Below, one piece after another: positions 49,101 through 56,303 of a stretch of 64,000 bases of DNA. Position 1 is the stretch's first letter. Every line of letters starts with the position of its first letter. This DNA is from Candidatus Enterousia onthequi (GTDB taxonomy: Bacteria; Pseudomonadota; Alphaproteobacteria; Rs-D84): assembly GCA_018064365.1 (NCBI GenBank), contig JAGHVJ010000005.1, forward strand, positions 7,982 through 71,981, written 5' to 3'. The notes under the pieces are model-generated. The model was not told the origin of the DNA. It did not search any database and saw nothing but the letters and a program-made list of their open reading frames with translations. A program made the position numbers and the translations under genes.

Positions 49101-49160
49101 TTTAGGGCTTTTTTATAATTTTAATATGTGATATAATTTCGGATAGAAAAGGAGTTTTTA

Positions 49161-50339
49161 ATGAAAAAAAGTTTATTTGGTTTTTGTGCAGTTTTGGGCT
49201 GTGTTGCGGCATTGGATGCGTCAGCGGCCACAGGACGCAGCGCGGTGTATTCCAGTATTGATATGCGAAATGCTGATGGTGATACAATCAGAATAAATCG
49301 CAGTGCGAGTGAATCTTATTCAAATGATTTTGATAGACGTGTGCCTGGTCGCACAACAACGACAAGTCGTTCAGGAATGTATGATGGTATGACCAGTGGT
49401 TATACTCGTCATGTTGAACCTGTTGCGGTTTCAGAACATAAAATGGTTTCTAAACGCACATATTTGCCGGGTAAGACATATAAATCTGCAAAACGTAAAT
49501 ATTTTATTGCAAATCCGTTCTATCAACCATTACAGGGTCGTTTTGGTGCGGTTACAACGGGCGAATATATGCAAGGAACTTATAAATTTGCAGATGTTGA
49601 TAGAACTTTGACCGAGATGTCCATCAAAGAAGATTTTAGTTATGGTTTGACAGATAGAATCGCTTTGCAGGGGATGGCAAAATATAATTCTGATAAATTG
49701 AGTTGGAAGAATTCCCTTGGGGTTGAAGATGTCAATAAAGGGCACAGTTTGAATTTGTATGGTTTGGGAATCCAAGGTCGCATTGTTGATACAGATGAAT
49801 GGATTTCAACATTGTCTGGATATTATGAACATCAAAAACACGGTGTTGATTATTTTATCGCAGATTTAAAGGCTGGATATAAAGTTGCAACATCTACTAT
49901 CTATGGTTTGGGACGTGTGTGGGCTGTGGATATGGAAGGTGATATTTATGGTGATTATATGGAAGATGCAACAACGTGGGCAATGTTAAAATATGGTAAT
50001 GCTGATGACACTTTGCTGATGGGCGAATTGGGCATGGGTGTTTGGACTGTTTTGGCCGAAGATTGGACTTTGAATGTCGAAGGTGTGTTTGGTGCATATG
50101 ATTGGCATAACCAGTTTTCAATCAAAGGCGCTTTTGGTTGGCAACCAAATGATAATTTCGCTTTGAATTTGTATGCAAAAACATCTTTGTATGACAGTGC
50201 AGATGGTAAAGATTTGGATTTGTATTATGGGAATTTGCCATTGAATGCGACTAATTGGGCGGCTGCAACATTGTATAATGTTGAATTGTCCAAAGTGCAA
50301 GAATGGTCTGTGGGATTGCAGGTTATGTTTCAATTTTAA
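49161..50339 (+). CDS. Putative outer-membrane beta-barrel protein (392 aa)
   Basis: Signal peptide ending ALDASA. Alternating hydrophobic pattern. Gly/Tyr/Asp rich. C-terminal ...GLQVMFQF with a terminal Phe. Confidence 0.55.
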   Translation: MKKSLFGFCAVLGCVAALDASAATGRSAVYSSIDMRNADGDTIRINRSASESYSNDFDRRVPGRTTTTSRSGMYDGMTSGYTRHVEPVAVSEHKMVSKRTYLPGKTYKSAKRKYFIANPFYQPLQGRFGAVTTGEYMQGTYKFADVDRTLTEMSIKEDFSYGLTDRIALQGMAKYNSDKLSWKNSLGVEDVNKGHSLNLYGLGIQGRIVDTDEWISTLSGYYEHQKHGVDYFIADLKAGYKVATSTIYGLGRVWAVDMEGDIYGDYMEDATTWAMLKYGNADDTLLMGELGMGVWTVLAEDWTLNVEGVFGAYDWHNQFSIKGAFGWQPNDNFALNLYAKTSLYDSADGKDLDLYYGNLPLNATNWAAATLYNVELSKVQEWSVGLQVMFQF

Positions 50340-50364
50340 TATCTAGTTGCGCTGGGATAAAAAA

Positions 50365-51093
50365 ATGAAAAAAGTGTTGTTTGGTATTTTTGGGGCGATT
50401 GCAATAACGTGTTCTGGATATGCAGAAGATGTTGAATTGTTGCCGGTGGATACATCTGACCCATTGTATATGTTGGAAGATGAACATTTGTTGTCTGTAT
50501 CAGATATCACATATGGCGATGATTTGTTGCGTTTGGGACAATCGTTTTCTTATGGATTGAATAATCGTTTGATGGCGGGCGCAAATGTGCATTACCAGTT
50601 TGATTTTGTGCGCGCACGCAAAGAACGCGGTTTTTCCAGTATTGAATTGACTGGGGCGTATCGTGCGGGGCTGCCAGATGATAATTCTGCAAATGTGTCA
50701 ACCGACATATTGTTCGGTGCGCGATTCGGTGGTAATCGCCATGTGCGTGAACCAGATTTTGCGAAATCCAGTTATTTCGCAGGATTGCGTGTTGGTCGTC
50801 AATGGGCGGGGTTGACATTGTCTGGGACAGTAAAATCGACATGGGTGTTTGATGATACACGTGGTGTGTCGTATATCGATTTTGTGCCCGAGGCGTATTT
50901 CCGTATGGTTTATGGTTGGCGTGCAGGTATCGGGTTTACGGCACGTGTTGCGACAAATCCTGAATTTGATCGCGAGTGGTGGAAATTCAAATTGGTTAAA
51001 CAATTTGGTCGAACTCAGTATGGTGCAATGTATTCTTATGAATACGAAGAAGAAAATTCTACGGTTGGTTTGTATGTAAATATATTGTTTTAA
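50365..51093 (+). CDS. Putative small outer-membrane beta-barrel protein (242 aa)
   Basis: Signal peptide MKKVLFGIFGAIAITCSGYA. Beta-strand-like alternation. C-terminal ...GLYVNILF. Confidence 0.5.
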   Translation: MKKVLFGIFGAIAITCSGYAEDVELLPVDTSDPLYMLEDEHLLSVSDITYGDDLLRLGQSFSYGLNNRLMAGANVHYQFDFVRARKERGFSSIELTGAYRAGLPDDNSANVSTDILFGARFGGNRHVREPDFAKSSYFAGLRVGRQWAGLTLSGTVKSTWVFDDTRGVSYIDFVPEAYFRMVYGWRAGIGFTARVATNPEFDREWWKFKLVKQFGRTQYGAMYSYEYEEENSTVGLYVNILF

Positions 51094-51117
51094 AAAAGTG
51101 CCAAATGGCACTTTTTT
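51092..51117 (+). terminator. Intrinsic terminator
   Basis: AAAAAAGTGCCA-AA-TGGCACTTTTTT. Confidence 0.8.
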
Positions 51118-51138
51118 ATTTCATAAAATTGGTCGTGT

Positions 51139-51366
51139 AAATGGGTAAAAAAGTGTCGCAAAAAACCTAGGTTTTTTGACAAGTGTTTTTTTTAGTTTTT
51201 TTCAATTTTTTTAATTTTCGATTTTTTAGCAAAATCAAAGGGTTATAAAATCCGGGCTTTGTAGGGCAAAGTGTCGCAAAAAAACCTAGGTTTTTGGTAT
51301 ACTATGCACAAAGGGAAAAACCTAAGGAAATCTAAGGAAAAATTAAAATATCGAGAGAGTAAAAAA
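51139..51366 (+). repeat. 228-bp conserved upstream module, copy 2 (see 16748-16975)
   Basis: Same length and ~95% identity to copy 1. CCTAGG palindromes at 51166-51171 and 51285-51290. TATACT retained. Confidence 0.9.
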
Positions 51367-52392
51367 ATGCATAAAAAACACATATTTTTGAGCATTTTTT
51401 CAAAAATCACAATTTTTGCATGTGTTTTTTGTGCATTTTTTGTGTCGCCCGTATTCGCAACTTTGCCAGCCGGTTATACAGAGTTGGAATATATCGAATC
51501 CACCGGAACACAGTATATTAATACGGGAGTAACAGGTTCAACTACATTAGGTTTAAATATAGATTATATGTATACTACAGCAAATTCACCAGCAGGGTTA
51601 ATTGGTATTTACCAACCAACTGTTCCACGTAATGATACTCTTTTCGTTACGACAAACTCTGGTTCGGTTGATGCTTCTGGTCTGATGTTGATTTCTAAAG
51701 GTAAAGATATTTCAAACAAAAATCGTAAAACTCCTCCTATAAACGAAAAGTTTAATGCGAAGATTAACTGGTTAGGTGATGGAGAAATCAACTGGAATAA
51801 TGGCGAATCAACTAATACAGATGGCTCAAATGATGCAGTAGCGCATAGTATAATTTTGTTTGGTAGAGAATACAATAGTGCATATAAATATACTAATGCA
51901 AGAGTGTACTTATGTCAAATATCTGATGGAGCACGTATTGTTATGAACTTCATCCCTGCTAAACGCACTGCCGATAATGTTTTGGGTATGTATGATACTG
52001 TGTCGGGGACATTTTTTACGAATTCTGGGACAGGCGATTTTGTTGCGGGGCCGGTTGCTAATTGTAAAACTTTTGGAACAGACGGTGTTATGTGTGCCGC
52101 ATGTAAATCTGGTTATAGACTTGATAGTAATGGCGGCTGCGTGGGTGTGATAGAGATTGCAACGACAAAAATGGTGGATGATGAATTTGCGGCGGCGGAG
52201 GCCAAATTGGCAACCACAGTTCAAACAATTGAAAGTGTTGTATCACGCACAATAACCCAAACTGGGCAGATTCAGGTATTACAAGATACAAAACAAACAC
52301 GCCCCGATGAAAGTTGCCCTGCGAATATGAAATGCCTACTGGTCCAAGATGAAGACGGGACACCACATTGGTACCCGATTATCGAGCCGTAA
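51367..52392 (+). CDS. Secreted protein of the paralogous family, copy 2 (341 aa from ATG 51367)
   Basis: N-terminal 54 aa ~80% identical and C-terminal 80 aa 76/80 identical to the 16976 product. Divergent centre plus an extra Cys-rich insert NCKTFGTDGVMCAACKSGYRLDSNGGC. The ORF-track start at 51271 lies in the conserved non-coding module and was trimmed. Confidence 0.8.
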   Translation: MHKKHIFLSIFSKITIFACVFCAFFVSPVFATLPAGYTELEYIESTGTQYINTGVTGSTTLGLNIDYMYTTANSPAGLIGIYQPTVPRNDTLFVTTNSGSVDASGLMLISKGKDISNKNRKTPPINEKFNAKINWLGDGEINWNNGESTNTDGSNDAVAHSIILFGREYNSAYKYTNARVYLCQISDGARIVMNFIPAKRTADNVLGMYDTVSGTFFTNSGTGDFVAGPVANCKTFGTDGVMCAACKSGYRLDSNGGCVGVIEIATTKMVDDEFAAAEAKLATTVQTIESVVSRTITQTGQIQVLQDTKQTRPDESCPANMKCLLVQDEDGTPHWYPIIEP

Positions 52393-52484
52393 TACAGTTT
52401 TGGTTTTATGGTTGATATATGTTGACTTATAAAATCAAAAAAACAGATGCATGAAAATGTGTCAAAACTTTCAGGGCTTTTTTT

Positions 52485-52705
52485 GTCATTGCGAGCGAAC
52501 GGAGTTCAACTTGCGCAACAGCGCAAGGCCGAACGAGTGAGACGTGGCAATCCAGTCAATAATAAAGTCCAGCATACTGCTTGTGTTCTGCGTCATACCG
52601 CCGCAGGGCGGTATCCAGTTGCCCATCGGGCAACCTGTGTAATGATGCAAAATGACGCAAGTTTTGCAAAATGCAAAACTGGATTCCGCACTCCTGCGGA
52701 ATGAC
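52485..52705. repeat. GC-rich nested-palindrome element (REP/RPE/MITE-like, ~220 bp) in a convergent intergenic region
   Basis: Ends GTCATTGCGAGCG... and ...CTGCGGAATGAC are imperfectly inverted. Internal hairpins: CTTGCGC/GCGCAAG, TACCGCC/GGCGGTA, GTTGCCC/GGGCAAC, AATCCAGT/ACTGGATT. Much more GC-rich than its surroundings. Confidence 0.75.
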
Positions 52706-52763
52706 GAATTTGAATTATCGTTGATGTTCGTTATTGCTTTTATCTGTGTTATGGTTTTTGAAA

Positions 52764-54041
52764 TTATTTTTTGTTTAATTTTTCCCTTAATCCGTCCCAG
52801 TATTCTATGCGTTTTTTTATTTCGCGTTCGAATCCGCGTTCAACGGGTGTATAAAAACGCGTGCGCGGCATTTTTTCTGGAAAACAGTTTTGTCCGGAAA
52901 ATCCCAATGCGGTATCTGGTTCGTAAATGTATCCGGCGCCATATCCCATATTCTTCATCATTTTTGTTGGCGCATTCAAAATGTTTTTTGGTGGGGGCAG
53001 ACTGCCTGTGTCACGCGCGGATTTATATGACGATATTATTGCGCGTTCACATGCGTTGCTTTTTGGGGCAGTGCCTAAATATACAACCAATTCTGTTAGT
53101 GCGATGTCGCCTTCGGGACTGCCCAAACGTTCGTATGCGTTCCATGCGTTGATTGCGACGGATAATGCGTTGGGGTCTGCCAGTCCGATATCTTCCATTG
53201 CGAATCGGGTCAGACGTCTGAATATATATTTTGCATCTTGGCCGGATGTCATCATGCGTGCAACCCAATATAATGCCGCGTCTGTATCACTTGCACGTAA
53301 TGATTTATGCACAGCCGATATTAAATTATAGTGTTCGTCGCCAGTTTTATCTGATAATGGTGAACGTTTTTGAATCGCGTTGTCCAGTGCATCGTTGTCT
53401 AAATCGTGTTTGAAATTTGCGTTGCTGATATATTCAACTGTGTTTAATAAAAATCTGGCATCGCCGTCAGCCATTTGTGCCAAATGGATTTTTGCATCAT
53501 TGGTCAATGGTAATTTTTTGCCCAGAAATTTTTCAGCCCTGGATATTAAAATCATTAAATCGTCTGTCCCCAATGCCGTCAATACCCCAATGTGGCAACG
53601 GGACAATAATGCGTTGTTTAAATTAAAACTGGGGTTTTCGGTGGTTGCGCCAATAAATACAACTGTGCCGTCTTCTAGATATGGTAATAATGTGTCTTGT
53701 TGGGTTTTGTTAAACCGGTGAATTTCGTCGATAAACAGTAATGTGCCACGTCCGATGTCGCGATTCATGCGTGCAGCATCCATTGCTTTTTTTATATCGT
53801 TCGAGCCAGAAAAAACTGCAGACATTGGAACGAAATCCATGTCTATGGTATTCGCCAATGCGCGCGCAATTGTTGTTTTGCCGCACCCCGGAGGCCCCCA
53901 TAAAATTATGTTTGATAATTTTTGGTTATCTACCATGCGCCGTATTAGTCCGTTTTCGCCCAACAGGTTTGTTTGCCCCACAATTTCATCTATGGTTTCT
54001 GGGCGCATTTGGTCGGCCAAAGGTCTGGATTCGTTTTTCAT
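52764..54041 (-). CDS. rarA: Replication-associated recombination protein A (RarA/MgsA AAA+ ATPase)
   Basis: RPETIDEIVGQ, ILWGPPGCGKTTIARALA, LFIDEIHRFNKTQQD, C-terminal MgsA domain YLGTAPKSNA. Confidence 0.93.
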   Translation of the reverse strand: MKNESRPLADQMRPETIDEIVGQTNLLGENGLIRRMVDNQKLSNIILWGPPGCGKTTIARALANTIDMDFVPMSAVFSGSNDIKKAMDAARMNRDIGRGTLLFIDEIHRFNKTQQDTLLPYLEDGTVVFIGATTENPSFNLNNALLSRCHIGVLTALGTDDLMILISRAEKFLGKKLPLTNDAKIHLAQMADGDARFLLNTVEYISNANFKHDLDNDALDNAIQKRSPLSDKTGDEHYNLISAVHKSLRASDTDAALYWVARMMTSGQDAKYIFRRLTRFAMEDIGLADPNALSVAINAWNAYERLGSPEGDIALTELVVYLGTAPKSNACERAIISSYKSARDTGSLPPPKNILNAPTKMMKNMGYGAGYIYEPDTALGFSGQNCFPEKMPRTRFYTPVERGFEREIKKRIEYWDGLREKLNKK

Positions 54042-54114
54042 TGTTTTATTTTACTTTATTTTACTTGTTGTTTATTTGTGGTATAATTGTAGAAAATAAA
54101 AGGTTTTTTGGCAA

Positions 54115-54480
54115 ATGGTAAATAATATAAAAAATAGTAACGAGTGGACTTTGGCGGTTGCAAATCTGGCAGCGGCGGCGATGGCGAATAATCCAAATTT
54201 GTCGATGGTTGATGCGGTAAATGCGGCACGGGCTACGTTATGTGGAACAACGGTTACACCACAACAAATCGCGGATTCTGTGCATTCAGACAAGATTCAA
54301 TGTCTGGAAGATGGAACGTGGCATGTTATGTTGCGGCGGTATATTAGACGGCGTTTTAATATGACGCCTGAACAATATCGTGCCAAGTGGGGATTGCCAG
54401 AAGATTATCCTTTTGTTGCGCCAAACTATGCTCATGTGCGGTCGAAAATTGCAAAAAAAACGGGATTGGGTAAAAAATAA
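54115..54480 (+). CDS. mucR: MucR/Ros-family transcriptional regulator with substituted zinc ligands
   Basis: CLEDGTWHVMLRRYIRRRFNMTPEQYRAKWGLPEDYPFVAPNYAHVRSKIAKKTGLG aligns with Ros [44 protein letters not shown]. Confidence 0.85.
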   Translation: MVNNIKNSNEWTLAVANLAAAAMANNPNLSMVDAVNAARATLCGTTVTPQQIADSVHSDKIQCLEDGTWHVMLRRYIRRRFNMTPEQYRAKWGLPEDYPFVAPNYAHVRSKIAKKTGLGKK

Positions 54481-54483
54481 TTT

Positions 54484-56292
54484 ATGGGGGAAATTATGAC
54501 TGAAAAATATCGCAAGGCAGTTTACAAGCCAATTAAATTGATGAATAAGCAAATTGGAAAAATTGCAAAAAAAGATGCGCCTACAAAGACTAAAAAGTTT
54601 CTAAAAGGGTCGGCTTTGGTTGGTTTAGGGTTGGTTGATTTGATAATGATGCTGACTCGGTTGATTGCGTTTGATAACAGGGCAATGCGTTTGTTGGAAA
54701 AAAAATTGTCTGAAATTAATGTTGGAAAAGACAAACAGGGACGTGATAAAAAATTTCCATCTTTGGTGAAAAACAATCCAAATGTGTCTGCATTTATTAT
54801 TTGGTGGGCAATGCTGGCTGGGACGATTGGTATTGGGTCGGCGATTACAAATGCGTTTGGTGATAAAGATATCGATAATGTTAAACGGCAAGAGGAAAAA
54901 GTAAAAAAACAGTCTGGTACAGATGAAAAAACTGTGTCTTTTGAAGTTGCCAAAAAACAGGCGCAAATAAAAGAAAGGTTGGATAAAAAAATAAAAATGA
55001 CCAATGACAGTGTTTTGAAACAAGCGGTGTTGGATAATTTTGCATATACCCAGGCGGTTTTGTTTTCTACTGAAAATTATAGAACAGATTGGTTTTGTGA
55101 TTATAACACAGGTAATGCAAATACTTTGGGGGTTGGTTTGTTTTATTTGCCAGATGCGAAACATTCGTATGATTTTACATCTACGTCGTGGGCAAAAACA
55201 TCTGATATGTACAAAGAATATCCAAAAAATAAATCTGGTAAGCCCAGAGATTTGACTGATGATGAAGTGTATGATGGAATTGCTGGGTGGTTCTTTTATA
55301 TGGATGGTGGACGTAATTTTAAGCGTGGTATGTGCGATGTTTTGGGTAAATCTAACATTTATTTAACACCTCGTGATTTAACTGTGATTTCTTCTGTGAC
55401 TTTTAATTCGTTGCAATGTGGTAAAAAGTTTTGTGAATTTATTGTTGCACACCCTAATAATCGTCAGGCTTGGGCGAAATATTTGTTGCAGGTTGATGAT
55501 GTGGTTAGTGCGAATAGATTAAACAATTTTCCAGGTTTAAAATCGCGCCGAGTGCATGAAATCTTGTTGTTATTGGATGTTGATAATTATTGCAGTGATA
55601 TGTTCTGTGTGCAAATTGATGGACATCATTCCAGTGCTGTATCGTATGCAAATAATTATTTTGATAAATTGAAAATAAATTTTGCAGATTCTGTTTTGGT
55701 GCAGGCAAAAAGTGCTATTTGTAATGGTGTTGTTGCAAATGGTTTTAATGTGTGTGAAGCAGTACAAAAGTCTGAGAAATATCGTGATGATGTTTTTGCG
55801 TATTGTGCGGATGTCGATTCGTTCTTGTACGCGGATAAATCTCGTCAGAAAATATATGATGAGGCATTGGAAAGTTATCGTGATAAAGATTATGAAACTG
55901 CGTTGCGTGGTTTTAACAAGGTTGTTGAAATGGGTGGGGTTAGTCCGGATTTGTTTAATGATTTGGCAATTACATATATTCATTATGAAGATTATGATAT
56001 GTCTATCAAGATGTCTAAGCGTGCATTGGATTTTGGTAATAAAAAAACAATGTCTGCGTCTTATTTTAATTTAGGACTGGCATATGAAAAGAAGGGGGAT
56101 AAAAAACAGGCAGAGGTATATTATTCTAAAGCGGTAGAATTAGATAATGAAACTGCGAAAAAGAAGTTAAATAAATTGAAAAAAGATAATGCGAAAAAAA
56201 TGTCGAATGCTGTGGCAGAAATAACTCGTAAGCAAATGAATACATCTGGTTTTGCAAAGGGGCTGTTTGTAAAAGATAAAAATTATGTTTAA
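54484..56292 (+). CDS. Membrane-anchored protein with a possible lysozyme-like (GH24-type E...D...T motif) central region and C-terminal TPR repeats
   Basis: Two hydrophobic helices near the N-terminus. STENYRTDWFCDYNTGNANTLGVG resembles the T4-lysozyme E-x8-D-x5-T-x-G-x-G motif, with a 2-residue insertion (T at +17 not +15). TPR-like YETALRGFNKVVEMGG and NLGLAYEKKGDKKQAEVYYSKAVELD. Confidence 0.5.
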   Translation: MGEIMTEKYRKAVYKPIKLMNKQIGKIAKKDAPTKTKKFLKGSALVGLGLVDLIMMLTRLIAFDNRAMRLLEKKLSEINVGKDKQGRDKKFPSLVKNNPNVSAFIIWWAMLAGTIGIGSAITNAFGDKDIDNVKRQEEKVKKQSGTDEKTVSFEVAKKQAQIKERLDKKIKMTNDSVLKQAVLDNFAYTQAVLFSTENYRTDWFCDYNTGNANTLGVGLFYLPDAKHSYDFTSTSWAKTSDMYKEYPKNKSGKPRDLTDDEVYDGIAGWFFYMDGGRNFKRGMCDVLGKSNIYLTPRDLTVISSVTFNSLQCGKKFCEFIVAHPNNRQAWAKYLLQVDDVVSANRLNNFPGLKSRRVHEILLLLDVDNYCSDMFCVQIDGHHSSAVSYANNYFDKLKINFADSVLVQAKSAICNGVVANGFNVCEAVQKSEKYRDDVFAYCADVDSFLYADKSRQKIYDEALESYRDKDYETALRGFNKVVEMGGVSPDLFNDLAITYIHYEDYDMSIKMSKRALDFGNKKTMSASYFNLGLAYEKKGDKKQAEVYYSKAVELDNETAKKKLNKLKKDNAKKMSNAVAEITRKQMNTSGFAKGLFVKDKNYV

Positions 56293-56303
56293 GGTGTTGC
56301 AAG

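Noticed and set aside
52447-53152. Plus-strand ORFs 52447-52704 (85 aa) and 52652-53152 (166 aa)
   Set aside because: The first is read entirely through the GC-rich nested-palindrome element, and its peptide is the typical artefact of such repeats. The second is antisense to the well-supported rarA gene. Neither has an RBS.
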